Below, piece after piece: positions 1 to 17,021 of a stretch of 64,000 bases of DNA. The translations under genes were made by a program, and so were the position numbers. Each line of letters starts with the position of its first letter. Positions within the stretch are counted from its first letter, which is position 1. The stretch comes from the human T2T-CHM13v2.0 reference genome, Homo sapiens. Below the pieces are notes generated by a model. It was given only the letters and a program-made list of their open reading frames with translations, searched no databases and was not told where the DNA came from. The stretch lies in NCBI RefSeq assembly GCF_009914755.1, contig NC_060934.1; one strand, given 5' to 3'.

Positions 1-604
1 TCACCATCTAGGAAAATCCAGGTGCCAATGCCAACATTATTCCCATCATTTGAGCCACCAAGACTGCAAACGTGTCAGTCAACGTTTGAAGCCGTTGACC
101 GTGATTCTGAGTGTGTCTGCATCTGACTCTTTTGTCATGACTTCTGGTGCAGGCATGTTTGAGTATGTCCTCTTCTTTAATTTCTCTTTCCTATTTCAAT
201 TAGGGCAGTATATTTGATTTCTGAGAATTTTATATGTAGGTAGGTTATATAATACATAAACCTCATGTCAGAGTAGGAAAATGTTTGTTATAAAAAGGAC
301 CCCTGGAGACTGAGGGCTGAGAGCCACTGATTTGGCCTCTCAGATCACGAGGCAATGAGTTCATCAATTCTGACTTCCAGATATTTGCTTAAACTCTCCC
401 AGCAGTCATAACAGAGGAAGTTTGGAGAAGAATTCTGCTTGTCACAGCACATGACTCCAGCCCTAGCTTTGTGTAAAACAGGACCTTCATCTCTCTGGGG
501 TGAAGTGAGGGTACATAGGGACTGCCCCGCGCCATCTTCATCCGGAATGAAAAAAGCTGTTTCTCAGCAGAAAGGTGGAAGCAGAACTGGGTTGTGCTAC
601 TTAC

Positions 605-794
605 AGAGGTCTTCAGTGGCAGCTGGGACAAAGGCAGCCATGGACTCATAGAGATCCTCGTCACAGCCGGGGTTGAGCGAGCATTTCATAAGCAGGTCTG
701 TGGAAAGGTGGGCCATGGACTCGTACACAGCATCAGCCTCCTCCCCGTGCATCAGTTCCTCTTTAATGTGACTCTTGAGCATGTCCACCGTTTC
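605..794 (-). CDS. PIK3AP1: PIK3AP1 exon 8 (190 nt): ETVDMLKSHIKEELMHGEEADAVYESMAHLSTDLLMKCSLNPGCDEDLYESMAAFVPAATEDL(Y)
   Basis: Acceptor TTTCAG|GAA, donor CTCT|GTAAGT; two YESM motifs at 714-725 and 639-650. Confidence 0.97.
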
Positions 795-1109
795 CTGAAA
801 GAGAAGATGAGGCCCACGGCGCCCTGAGGCAGCCTGACTTTCCGGGTGGAACTTGGCCCCCGAAGGCACTTGTGGCCAGCAAAGTAAAGGCTCCCATGAG
901 TCAGGATTACAACTGGTTGTGTGTATTTGTATTTTCCCACCTGACTGAACGCTCCTTGAGGCCAGGCTTCCCACCTTTTTTAGTTTATTTCACGTTTTTG
1001 TTTTAATCTTCGTATCTTCCTACAACACTAAGCACAGAGTTAGGCACTCAGGAAATACTCGTTAAATGTCCACTGACCAGAGGATACAAATTAAAAATTA
1101 CTTTCCCAT

Positions 1110-1404
<295 letters not shown>

Positions 1405-3790
1405 TACTTTCCCGTGAGCACCTTTTAAATGTCAGGTACAATGCTAGGTATTTGCCTATACCCTATCTCCTGTAATCCATTCCACTACTGCTTGAGAAAG
1501 GTATAATATTCTCTAGTTTACAGATGAGAAAAACAAAGCTCACAAAAATCTAGTATCTTACTCAAGGGCTTGCAATCCTGATTTCTGATACTTCTTCTAC
1601 ACCCTAGTGGTTCCTCCAAAGGGAAAAAAATGACACAAGAAGGTGTGACCTTTACTGACTAGCCACGCAGAAATTCAAATGAGCTGAACAGGAATGCAGC
1701 TAAGGTGTTCTCGCCCTGTGTGTAGTCAGAGGTCACTCCGCAGCTTGGCACACTAGCCCCTGTTCCTTCAGCAGTCTCCTCCAAACTGTCAGGAACCCTG
1801 ACAGTTTCCAGGGGTTCCAGCCTCGATTTTATGTCCTATGTGCCCAAAAGGAGAGATGATCTTGGATAAAGTGTCCTGACATCAGAAAGGTTCTCCCCTG
1901 CCTCCCACTGCCATCCTGCCTCCATGTGATTGTGAAGCCAGAGAGGTGACTTCCCTGAAACCTCTGCACAACTTTTCCTGGTAAGAAACTTTGGTGTTTC
2001 ACAATCCTTATTTCAGCATCAACCCACAAAAATCCTCATTTTCACCACCACTACCCTAAGATAGCTAATCTTTTATTGACACTTCGTTAGTTTCCTCACG
2101 AGACCCAATAAAACAGATGACAGCTGTGAAATGTTGGAGATTCCAGATCTCACCTTTGGTTTTGATGTGGTGAAAAAAGGAAATGGGACAGTTCTAAGAG
2201 GCCATAAGCAACACAAAGGGACAGTCTTTTGGTCACAATGCTGAAGCTGCATCGGTTGAAGGTGACCACAGGGAGAAAGCAAAGATGGTATGACCTAGAT
2301 TGACTTCGGCACAAAATGAAAGTGCATCTTTAAACATCCCAGTTAAATACAACAGGATAACAAGCCCGGGCTTCAGTATCAAACTAGGTGCAAATCCTGT
2401 CTCTGCCCTGAATAGTTTGTGGCCCTAAGCACAGTGACTTTGCCTTTCTAAGCCGTTTTCCTCTTTTGTAAAGTAAGGCTTGCAATACTGTCAACTTCAA
2501 AGGATTGTGGTGGGGATTAAATGAGATAATACATTTTCAAATCAAATACATTCAATAAATACTAGTTACTACTATGAACACAGTAGGTTATTAATAAAAA
2601 CTATTGGCATGGAAATGAAATGCTACATTTGGTACATTTGTGACTTTAAGAAAAAACTGAGTAAATACACCCAGACTGAGAGCACCTTTTAGACTTATTT
2701 GTGTCAGTGACGCCCAAAAAAAAGGACTCACACCATTTTATTCAAAACACTTATACACCTGTAAACACTGGGAAGTCCCCTCTGTGCCTCCGTGAATCAC
2801 TGTCTTGTAGATTTTCCAACACAGAGCAGAGAGTTAAGTTTCTGGGGAGATATCAGGCTCTGTCCTGTCTGGAGGTCGAGAGCAAGACCGGGCTGTGTTT
2901 ATTGCTCCCTGTGAGGTCACAGCCCCATGCGAGAGGCTGAGCTATTCTCAGGTACCCTCTGGGAGTCTGTGAAGAAGGAGGAAAACCACGAGGGACTGGG
3001 ATCAGGAAGAGCAGCTGCTTCCTAGGCATCAGAGGCAATATTGGGGCATGGAATAAGATGTAGACGTGGGGTGCGATCAGCCTCAAAGAAGGACCCAGAA
3101 GTCAATGTTTGAGGAGGAGCTGAGGGCCCCAAACCAGATGATCAGATAAACTGGGCATACCTGCCTGTCTTAACATGGGACCCAGGCAGGGGGTTAGAAA
3201 GAGAGAGCGAGGCTGTCAGCAGGAGGTGGGCCTTAGAGTTGCTGCCCTGATGCCTTTCCAGGTGCACAGCTTTATTGAGGTTTCTGCTGAAGAAGAAACC
3301 AAGCCTAATACAGTTCACCGGGGCCTGAAGGCGGGTGAGGCAGCTAGGAGCATCCCACCATGGTGCCCTGGAGGCAGGTGAGGAGGTGGGGGGAGATGAT
3401 CAGCCTCTACCTTCAGCAGATTCACTCTATAAAGGTTTCTGTAAATTCTGTGAGGGTGAACCTCAGTGCTTAATAGAAATGATTTCCTTTTACCTTCAAA
3501 AGAACTCTATGACTCAAACTATGATTATCTTCCTTCTGCATATTAGGAAACTGAGAGAGGATACGTGACTTACCCAACGTCACAAGGCTAACAAGTGTTG
3601 GTACAGGAATTTGGACCCAGGTCCATGTGACTCCAGACCTCATTTCTTAAGCCCACACATACTGCCCATGGCCAGAAGAGGTACATGAGGACATGCTAGA
3701 GATAAAATCTGTTCGTATTTTGGGTGAAAGGGCAGCCATACTACCACAGAGTGCATTTCCAATCCTGGGCCCCTCCTGCCTTGACCTTAC

Positions 3791-3987
3791 CACATACTCG
3801 TCGATGAACTGCCGCAGGTCCCTGAAGCCGTGTTTCTCAGCGATGGTGTTGGGGTAGTGGCCATGCTTGTTGGCCACGCTGTACGCCTGCAGGGCTCCTG
3901 GGCAGGTGAGCAACAAGGCAGTGAGGTTCTTCAGTCCATACTTCGCAGCAAAATGCAACAGGGTGGGCAGCTCTTCATCCCTCTGAT
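3791..3987 (-). CDS. PIK3AP1: PIK3AP1 exon 7 (197 nt): (N)QRDEELPTLLHFAAKYGLKNLTALLLTCPGALQAYSVANKHGHYPNTIAEKHGFRDLRQFIDEYV, ankyrin-like region
   Basis: Acceptor TTTTCAG|AT, donor GTG|GTAAGG; TLLHFAAKYG ankyrin-type motif. Confidence 0.97.
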
Positions 3988-4185
3988 CTGAAAATTATCA
4001 AGGAAAACTTAATAGGCAGATAAAAATAAAGGCACAGGGTGCCCTTGTTCATGGAGATGAAGCTGCCAAGACTAGCATGGCAACAGAAGGCACTCAGCCA
4101 TTACTTATTGATTGACTGACCTAACATCTAACAGCTTCCTTCAGGACACCACTGAAGATCATGTCCTCAGATGCAGAGGACATAA

Positions 4186-4476
<291 letters not shown>

Positions 4477-6379
4477 TAACATTTTAATTAATTAGCAAAT
4501 CTAATAATGAATACCCTACCATCTTCTCTAACAGGACTGGAGAATCCTGAGAAAAAGTACCAGTTCAAAATGTGCCGGGTTTGTTTAAAGGCTTAACTAG
4601 CAGCCACACAGTACAATAGGAATCATGTTTTGAACTTCTCTGCAAAGTTCAGAGCATGTATTTCTTAAAGCTATTGTTTCGTGCTGATTAAAAGAAAGCA
4701 GTTCATCCTCTTAGCCCTTATTCCTAATTTCATGATAAGTACACCAAGTAATCCTGGGTATGTTCCTTAGACTTTCCGCTGCCTTTAGTTCTCAACCAGA
4801 AAATACTTCCAGACTATCTCAAAAGGACCTGGGAGGATAAGTAAGATAGTATTCAGCAGGGTTCCTATTTAGGAGAGATTTTGAATGTTGGTCTTAATGC
4901 ACACAAGCCCCACCAGGACGTCAGTTCACTCTCTAATTGGTGAAAAGCAAAGTACTCCAGAGAGGTGCTGGGTCCCCACGGACCCCCTCCACCTACTGAC
5001 ATCTGAATACAGCAAGTTAAACTCAACCAAGAAAATGGACATGTTTGTGTTTGCGGAGCTGGGGACAAATCTCTTTTTTCATAAACGTTTATTTTTAAGC
5101 CCAACAACTTTATAGACATACATTTATATACAAATGTATATTTTTTAACATGACAAACCCAGCCTTCTATTCCAAATATGACCTTGGAATGAAGGGTCTG
5201 AAAATATTCCCAGGATCTCAAATTGTCAGGCTATGAAATACTTTCTTCTAAGCCCCAAACTTAATAGAGAATAGTCACATCTACAAAAGTGCTGCAAGAA
5301 CATTCCATAGTAGGAAAATGGGGAGAGGCAATACGAAAGAGAGTCCCCCAGGAGAAGGCCTCGAAAGTCATGTAAACTCATCCTTATGGTTCTCTTAGAC
5401 TACAGAAGGATGGAACGTAGGCAGAAGGTAACCAGAGACTTGGGTCCCATTTGTGTAGTGCAACCATGGCATGAAGGAACGGTGGTGTCCACAGAAACAC
5501 TACAATAGGCATCCTGTCCAGAACACCAAGCATCATCCCCGTGCGAGGGGTGTGACTCTCCCAGCTCCCAGCATGTCACATGTGCACAAGAGGCTGCTCC
5601 TCCCTCATTAAACAACTACTTGTTTAGAGCCTACAAAGAGCCAGCCACCCAGGAGCAGTTCCAGCCCTCACTGAGCGGACAGCCTAGCAAAGAAGACAGA
5701 CACAGCTGAGGAGTGCTAGGTCAATGGCACCCAACATGCTGGTGGTCGGGGGGTGCCAAAGCAGGTGAATGGAACCTACTGGAGGTTTGGAGAAGGTCTT
5801 CTAGGGAAGTGCTACCTAAGCTGCTACAGGGAAGTGAGAGAAGTTAGCCAGGTAAACAGCAACCAAGGCAGGAAGGAAGGACTATCTTTCCATGAGTCTA
5901 AGTGGCAAGAGACAGGTGAAAAAAGCTCATACCTCCTGCAGATCAAAGCATAGAAAAGACAAGAGGGAGTGTGGAGAGAGATGAGGGCTTGTTCACAGGT
6001 TAAGCAGTTTGGATTTTATCTAGAAGGCAACTGGGAACCTCCCCTGACAGTACTTAGCTTACCTGTTCCTCATGCTATCCCTATGAGGAATAATCATAAC
6101 AAGCTCCATTGGCTTACGCCAAACCAATTTAAAATCACTCATTTCCTGCTCCTCCGTAAGCCACCACATGTGTTTTGAGAAGGGGGTAAAGTATTCAGAT
6201 TTGCAATTGAGAAGAATGAGGCTAACCAGTCAAGAATGAGTCCTTATCACAGGATAGGTTATAGAGAAGGGACCCGGAAGAGTTACAGCAGAAGGTAAAC
6301 GCGTATGTTGATGGGATGCTGAAACCAGCAGGCTAGAATCAGCCCACGTTGGTTTCCTGAGGTTTGACTGTCAACTTAC

Positions 6380-6512
6380 TTGTCATCATATCTTCTTCTT
6401 CCAGCTGGTTGATTCCAAAGAGGTGCAGTCCGCTTGCAGGGATATTGTTCTTCAGGGATTCGGTTAGCAGTTTATCAAGGGTCTCTGTGTTGTAGGGCAC
6501 AATTTTAAAGGC
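6380..6512 (-). CDS. PIK3AP1: PIK3AP1 exon 6 (133 nt): AFKIVPYNTETLDKLLTESLKNNIPASGLHLFGINQLEEEDMMT(N)
   Basis: Acceptor TTTTCAG|GCC, donor ACAA|GTAAGT; lies inside ORF 6339..6647. Confidence 0.96.
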
Positions 6513-6640
6513 CTGAAAACAAAAGTGAAGATGGTCAGATCTGAAATCCAGCTCTCTTCCATCCCGCAGATTCAAGACTGATAAGCCATGAGCAGAAATT
6601 ACATGCCCAGAAATCTCAGGTTTCCTTGTAATATCCTTAC

Positions 6641-6783
6641 CTGACACATGAATTCCACAGGATTCGCGGCATTGGACAATAAATTCCCAATTTCTTCCAT
6701 GTCAGTATAATAGCTGATAACGGTTTCACACACCACTAAGTCTCCAGAATATATCTTCAGAGAAACGTTCCCAGATGAAAGGT
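6641..6783 (-). CDS. PIK3AP1: PIK3AP1 exon 5 (143 nt): (N)LSSGNVSLKIYSGDLVVCETVISYYTDMEEIGNLLSNAANPVEFMCQ
   Basis: Acceptor TTCAG|AC, donor CAG|GTAAGG; YTDM motif at 6698-6709; read manually. Confidence 0.95.
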
Positions 6784-7424
6784 CTGAACAGAAGAAAAGA
6801 CACTATCAAAATTCCCAGGAAAAACAAGCATCCAGGGAAAAGTGGCTGTGGATATACACACTCCATCTGAGTGGTGAGGACACTAATTGGGGGCTGGAAG
6901 AAAGATCTTGGAGGTGAGCTGGGGCGGGAGTGAGGGAAAGGGTGGAGGTAGCAGGTGAGCAAACCAGCACATGGCAGGGCTCTGGGCCACAGCAATTTAT
7001 CCTCATTGGGTTTGCAACTTAATTTTCAAAAAATTTTCATCTTTTTACTCACTACTGTAGGCCCAGTGCCTCAATGAACAGGAAGAAAATTCGGGTTTAA
7101 GGCACTTTACACAAAGGCCAGTGGTCACAGAAGGAGGGAAAAATCATGGGAGGTGAAACTGTGTTTCTGCCACATTGGGGCAGCTGAACTGGCTCACTGC
7201 AAGTCATGAGCTGCTGTCATGACTACGCACTCTCCCTGGGGCGGGATGCTATACCACAGGAAGGGGTTTTGAGGGGGCAAGAGAAAATTAAAAATAACAC
7301 CAACCACAGAGATTCACAAAAGAGGAAATGCGACAACAGAGACCATGGAAAAATATTCACCCACACTAGTAATCAAAGAAATGCATATGAAAACAATGGA
7401 CTACTCTTTAACAAATATCAAAGT

Positions 7425-7802
<378 letters not shown>

Positions 7803-7829
7803 TCATCACATTCACAGGGGACTACTTAC

Positions 7830-7974
7830 TGGGAGCCTTCACTGAAATGGTGTACTCATTCTCCACCTTGGCTTCCATCCTTACAGAGGGAGAATCCTCA
7901 GGAGAAAACTCTGCTTCTGTCGCCACCCTGTCATCCAGCTTACATCTCACAATAACATAGACAGTGGTTTCTGC
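7830..7974 (-). CDS. PIK3AP1: PIK3AP1 exon 4 (145 nt): AETTVYVIVRCKLDDRVATEAEFSPEDSPSVRMEAKVENEYTISVKAP(N), DBB domain
   Basis: Acceptor TTTCAG|GCA, donor CCA|GTAAGT; absent from the ORF track, read manually; in frame with exons 3 and 5. Confidence 0.95.
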
Positions 7975-8256
7975 CTGAAACGGGAAGCCGGTCATTGTCC
8001 CCTCTCCCTCTCAGATCCCCGTAGGGTGTTGGGCCCAAGGGTCTCCCCAGCTCTCTTGCCCTAGCTCTACCTAGTGAGAATCTCTGGGGACAGGGTGGAC
8101 TCAGTGGTCCAGTGCTGGGCAGTGAACTGTTTGCTACCAGTCCCAACGAGACAAGTCACAAAAACCAAGAGTAAATATTTATAGCAATTGGATGGAGTCA
8201 TTTTATGTCTGTTGAAGCTGATAATAATAATAACAATAATAATAATAATAAAACTT

Positions 8257-8570
<314 letters not shown>

Positions 8571-8612
8571 CAAAACAAACAAAAAAAACCTTAAGGCCGA
8601 TACTTTATACAC

Positions 8613-8920
8613 TTTTTTTTTTTTTTTTTTTTTTTTTGAGACAGAGCTTCACTCTGTCACCCAGGCTGCAGTGCAGTGGTATGACCTCAGCTCACTGCAA
8701 CCTCCACCTTCCCAGGTTCAAGCGATTCTCATGCCTCAGCCTCCCTAGTAGCTGAGATTACAGACACCTGCCACCACACCCGGCAAATTTTTCTCTGTTT
8801 AGTAGAGACAGGGTTTCACCATATTGGCCAGGCTGGTCTCGAACTCCTGACCTCAGGTGATCTGTCTGCCTTGGCCTCCCAAAGTGCTGGGATTACAGGC
8901 GTGAACCACCGCGCCTGGCC
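8613..8920 (-). mobile_element. Alu (AluS-like), tail-to-tail with the previous Alu
   Basis: Poly-T followed by reverse Alu. Confidence 0.95.
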
Positions 8921-9062
8921 ATTTATATGTCTTTTGATTTCATTTTGCATAGCATTTCTGTTGCATTGTTTTTAATGAAATCATTGGTCCATTTCAGAAT
9001 TGGACATCTTTTTAGAAGTCCTTCGCCACAGATAGCTTGAGAAGCCCTGCTCTGGACCAGTC

Positions 9063-9222
9063 CTGCTACTCAAGGCGGAGCCAAGGGAGCAGCAGCATCA
9101 GCATCCCCCAGAAGCTTGTTAGAAATGCAGAGTCTCAGGCCCCTCCTGGCCCCACTGAGCCAGAGTCTGCATCATAACAAGATGCCCAGGTGACACCCGT
9201 GCACTTTGCAGCCTGAGAGAAG
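9063..9222. mobile_element. MER5A-like hAT DNA transposon
   Basis: CAGCAGCATCAGCATC...CTTGTTAGAAATGCAGA...CTCAGGCCCC signature. Confidence 0.8.
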
Positions 9223-10194
9223 CCCTCCTGGGCTCTGCTCTTCATGCAGTCCTGGATTTTACCACTGGGCAAAAAGAACTTCTCGGGGGATTAATTTTCC
9301 CAAACCATCGAGCGCCTCGAATAGCTCTTTTAGCTTGCTTTAAGATCTCACACTAAGCCTGCCAAATGGACTGACTGACTCTGCTGTGCTGGTTACGTGG
9401 GGGGAATGAGCCTCTCAGTCTGAACTGGTGAGGGCAGGCTCTCCAAAAAACATGGGGAAAGGAGAGATTCCTGGCCATAGCGAATCCCCAGATATTCCTC
9501 CTAAGACTCTGCTATAAAGTCCTCAGATTAGCCCTTCATGACAAGGGCCATGAGAGGGTGTGGCAAGCTTGGACTTTATGACACGTGATGTGGGGGGTGA
9601 TCCTGGCTCCTGGGGCTGCTGAGGCTGCACACACATGTGCTGTGGTGGTCGTCCCTCCTGCTGCAGGCCCAGCCTTGTCCCACCTACACCTTCTGCCAGG
9701 GAGCATGAGGAGCCAATGAGAATGTGTGTCTCCTCTACTGACAGTCAGGACCAAACCCCGGCCTGCCCCTTCCCCTCTCCCCAGGATCCAGAAGCCTGAA
9801 ATCGGCAACAAGAATCCTGGGATAACAGGCAGTCAAGATAGGAGAAGGAATGAGAGCCTGGAAAAATCACAGAGGAGAGTGAAGGAGATAATGCTTTGGT
9901 GGCAACCCCCTTTACCCATGGGCACCCAACAGCCTGACCAGAGGGGCATGGGGAAAGCAGAAAGTGGCATGGGAAGATTTAAAATGGAAATGTCCACAAA
10001 GGCATGGCCAGTAAGGCAAAGGAGTGAGATAGGCCTTGTATAAAGAACAGGGACTGTGGGGACCCGCCAACTGGGGGATGCATGGCCCATGTACAGGGTT
10101 GCTTGGCCCCCGCCAGTCATCTCAGGCCTAATATGACCAGATTCTGATTCAAAGGAAGCTGGAAACACAGATTTTTATGCCTAACTTTTTAAAA

Positions 10195-10339
<145 letters not shown>

Positions 10340-10357
10340 TAAAATACTATGCAGTCT

Positions 10358-10660
<303 letters not shown>

Positions 10661-10688
10661 ACACTGTGCAGTCCAAACCAAACATGTC

Positions 10689-11059
10689 TGATATGGTTTG
10701 GCTATGTCCCCACCCAAATCTCATCTTGAATTGTAACTCCCACAATTCCCAGTGAGAGGAACCTGGTGGGAGGTGATTGAATTATGGGGGGGCGGGTCTT
10801 TCCTGTGCTGTTCTCATGATAGTGAATAAGTTTCATGAGCTCTGATGGTTTTAAAAAGAGGAGTTCCCCTGCACAAGTTATCTCTCTCTTTGCCTGCTGC
10901 CATCCATGTAAGACATGCCTTTCCTCCTCCTTGCCTTCTGCTATGATTGTGAGGCCCCCTTAGCCATGTAGAACAGTAAGTCCAATTAAATCTCTTTCTT
11001 TTGTAAATTTCCCAGTCTCAGGTATGTCTTTATCAGTAGCGTGAAAACAGACTAATACA
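10689..11059 (+). mobile_element. THE1 (MaLR) solo LTR
   Basis: Starts TGATATGGTTTGGCT, ends GACTAATACA; 5-bp TSD ATGTC/ATGAC with one mismatch. Confidence 0.92.
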
Positions 11060-11934
11060 ATGACTATCAGTTAAATCTGGCCCAAAGAAACAGTTGGCAA
11101 CCCCACGTAGGAAGTGCTTGCCCAATGCCTCACAGCCTCAGCCTGCACAAAACCACCCACAAGGGTGAGGAAGCCAGTGCTGCCCACTGCCAAGGCTCCC
11201 ACGCTGTCTCGCCTCAAGGAGCCTGCAAAGCCATCTTAGCAAAGAGCTTGTATCCATAAAGGAAGCATTCTGCTGCTCTGAACTATCATAAATGCCACAC
11301 GTTTTTAATTAGGAAAGGAAAAATAAAGAAAAACCATCAGTACTAAGGTAGGATTCAAATGGCAGTGGCTCATCAGTTGGGCCCTCACACTCAAGTCATC
11401 TGTAATGTATGCCCCACCCCTGAAAATGCTAGTCATATGATGTATGGCATTTATCTGATCCCTTTAAAAAGCAATATTGGCCAGTTGGTTTCAGCCGTCA
11501 AGCTTCAAGGCACTTCCTTGGGCCATGGCAGTGGCCAGTGATGGAGAAGCAAGCTGTCAGATGCCCAAGATGCATTTCCTTCCTCCCAGCACTAGGCTAC
11601 CAGGAAGAGACACAGGCCTCTAACTTTAGGGTTAGCGTTAGTGTCTGGAATGCTCCTGTCTGCTGGTCTCCTAGGTGCTCTACGTTATTACTGATCCATA
11701 GAACAGAAGTCTTAGACTGATGACACACATCTCCCTGGGCTAGTCTCTCTCTTACTCAGGGGAGCTGGGTGTCTCCAGGGCCCGGGTAACAGGGTACTCA
11801 AAAGAAATCCCAAAGGAAGGCTGCAATTATACTGAGGTGCAATACAAGAAACCACTCTCTTTACTGCAACAAATGCATGCATTTGAAAAGCCCAAGTGCT
11901 GACATCCAGCTACCAGGCCCCCAGCAGTGCCTAC

Positions 11935-12071
11935 CCCACAGCGAATGCGGTCCGGCTGCACCACCATCAGGTTCCCAGGTGAAGTCACCGTCGGCAGGTT
12001 CTGCTGCTTCGAGTAGGAAACAACCTTCTCGTCCTCAGGCTCAGTGTCAGTGACTGAGTCACAGCCAGAAT
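11935..12071 (-). CDS. PIK3AP1: PIK3AP1 exon 3 (137 nt): (D)SGCDSVTDTEPEDEKVVSYSKQQNLPTVTSPGNLMVVQPDRIRCG
   Basis: Acceptor TTTTGTAG|AT, donor GGG|GTAGGC; phase 1 in, phase 0 out; contains the internal Met (CAT at 11965-11967). Confidence 0.96.
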
Positions 12072-12794
12072 CTACAAAATAGAGGACACCGCTGAATGGG
12101 AACGGCAGGAAGGAGAACTGTGGACATGTTCCACCCCATGAGAGCCCCAAATATTGCAAAATAGGAAACGGCTCTGAATGTCAAACCAATACAAGCAGAA
12201 GGGACTGACTCAGGAAATCATGAAAGGCGACCTAATGAAGACAAGCCAAACAGCATGTAGGCCACAGGGCAGAATGACAGCAAGAGGGATGACAATCATG
12301 GAGGGGAAGGCCAGAAAGTCTGAGGCTGCAGGTTTAGTCTTAACCAATGGGTTTCCGGAAGCTTTACCTGCAGACTTCCTGCAGGGATGAAGAGGAGTGA
12401 GGAAAGGAAGAAGGCCCTTTCCCCTTAGGTGGGTTCAAGTAGGGACTGACCACTTAAAGGTCATTCTTGGAACATCAAGTAAAACCTGCACTGTCCAGAA
12501 AGCCACTAGGTCTCAGGGTTATGGCTAGCCAATGTATCCCCTCTGGAAGCAAAAGTGAAAAGCAATCATTTTCAACAAACTTTAGATAAATCTAACCAGG
12601 CTCCACAGGCAACACCTGTACCACGGAAAGATTGGAGCATGCACAGAGTCAGGGCTGGTGAGCAGGGGTGTGCAAATGTGTGTGGTATTGGCACAGAATG
12701 AGATGCTGCTGAGAACCTACCAGAGCTCTAAGGCAGGGGCTCTTAACCAGAATCTGTTAATTGATAGACCTACCTCTGAGGTTGTGTGCAAGAT

Positions 12795-12816
12795 TGTGTG
12801 TGTGTGTGTGTGTGTG
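12795..12816. repeat. (TG)n microsatellite
   Basis: Direct reading. Confidence 0.9.
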
Positions 12817-12875
12817 CATGCACATGTGTATGCATTTGCCTGCACTTTTCTGGAGATAGTTCAAAGCATTCATCA

Positions 12876-13221
<346 letters not shown>

Positions 13222-14716
13222 TAGAATGGTTGAGAGGAGAGAGAAGTTTCATCAGTCTATTTTTGGGGTTTGCTCTTATTCATTCCTTAACCACTTATAC
13301 AAGCAGCCAAATGTGTTAGGTACTTGAGGGAACCCGAGGACGAATCAGACACTAACCCTGCCTTCAGAGAGTCCATCATCTAAAAGGACAGGAGAGGTGA
13401 GAAGCAAGGGTTAGTTTGGCTGATTCCTGCAGCCTGGTTTCCTGGAAGAAAATTGGCCTCTGCAGAGTTTGTGGCAACTGTCCTGGTAGAATGCTAGGGT
13501 TACGAAACAGCTGCTGATAGGCACCCTGGAAAGCTGTAACCACAGGCTTTCACCCTAGACCCCAGGTCATGCTAGGAAGAGGCTGTGCTTCCACAACCAT
13601 AAAGGCCGAGTTGGGGGCAGGGCTACAGGGCCTCAGTACCACCGTATCCTATTGCTGTAACTATAAGACCCTGACCCCTGGCCTACTCAGGCCAGCAGAG
13701 GGGCCGGGGCTTCTTCCCTAGCCATGCAGCTTAAAATCTCAGTAGCCTAGAGTGGAGGTCCCGTCCCAGAGCCTGGCATCTGACTGCTGAATGTCTATGG
13801 GCTGCCCTAGAGAGCAACAGGCAATGAGGCATGTACTCTTGCCACTATTCCCCCTCCATGATTTTTCCCAAGACATGCTACTCCAGAATGCCTGTTTGAA
13901 TGCTGCCAGATCTTTGTCCTTGTCTGTACGTCAGGCAGAATCTAGTGTTAAGAGGTAGAGCAAAGGACCCAGAGTGTTCTACGCAAGGCGATATGGTTTT
14001 TAGCTGGGCATCAGAACCATCGGTCTCCTCCAACTCTCCTTTCTAATTCTCCTGGCTCTCCCCTCAATCCCTGCAAAAACTAACACAGTAGGCTGCCGTT
14101 TTCTCTGCTGAATATGCCCTTCCCCACACCCTTCTCTCCTTGACTGATCACTTCTAAAACAGCCAGGGCCCATCACCCTGGACAGAGCTATACATGCCAC
14201 CCAAGCAACCCTCACTCAGCACAGGAGCTTGTAATGGAAAAAGCCAAAAACATCAGGGACAATTCACACAGTCTTCTTCTTAAGGATTTTATGAAGTTTC
14301 AGTTAATTATTATTAGATTCCTGGACATACCATTTAAAAAAATATTTCTGAGGTTCTTCTGGGATGAGAAAGTAATCCCATGGACTTGAAACATTCAGTT
14401 ACTTAAAATAGAAAGAAGCTCCTTGAAACTATTTCTTGCTCCAGAATTTTTTAGATACTATTCTGAGTGGCCACAGTGGCTGGAGTGGCTCAAACTCTTA
14501 CCAATTACCTATTCTAGTATATCACACAGGTATAACCTCTTTGGGATGGACCCACAGTGCAGTCTACCATTGTTTCAACAAAGACAAATCCTTTATTTCT
14601 CCCAAATTACTGGCCCACTAGTCTATATTTTAAGAAATTTTATGAAACACATTGAAGTGAAAAGTCTACGGTAAGAATTCATATTAAAGTGAGAACTCTG
14701 TGCTAAGAAAATCTCA

Positions 14717-14866
<150 letters not shown>

Positions 14867-15279
14867 TTAATAGAAAAATATAAAGTATTGAAATTGTCTT
14901 TAAAGAAGTAAAAAACCTGACTAAATCAATAACCATGAAAAAAAGTAATAACCATGAAAAAACACTCCTCAGTTTTAAAATAATATTTAGAGTAAAAGCC
15001 ACACAACCTTCTTTGAATTGAATTTAACATTTTATTTGGGACAATGTTCTTCTTTATAATACTAATTATTTCCTACCCTGGAAAACTCCATTTATATAGG
15101 TATTACGTCTTCTAGTAAAGTTTTAAAAAATAATAAAGGATAGTCCTATTTTATATTAAAGTTATTAAAAAACAGAATGGATAGAGCAATTGAATACAAG
15201 AGATGGTCCAGAATTAAGGCTTCATTCCCATAAAAACTTAATATGGGATTTTAAAAAGCATTAAAAACCAGTACAGATC

Positions 15280-17021
<1,742 letters not shown>

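Noticed and set aside
6339-6647. 102-aa ORF suggesting a novel N-terminus on exon 6
   Set aside because: Starts at GTG, out of frame with exon 5, and has no ATG in the intron; explained by exon 6 plus an open intron frame.
7968-7977. Tandem acceptor CAG-GCAG at exon 4 (similar AG 5 nt into exon 7)
   Set aside because: Use of the downstream AG would frameshift; nothing in the sequence supports regulated use.
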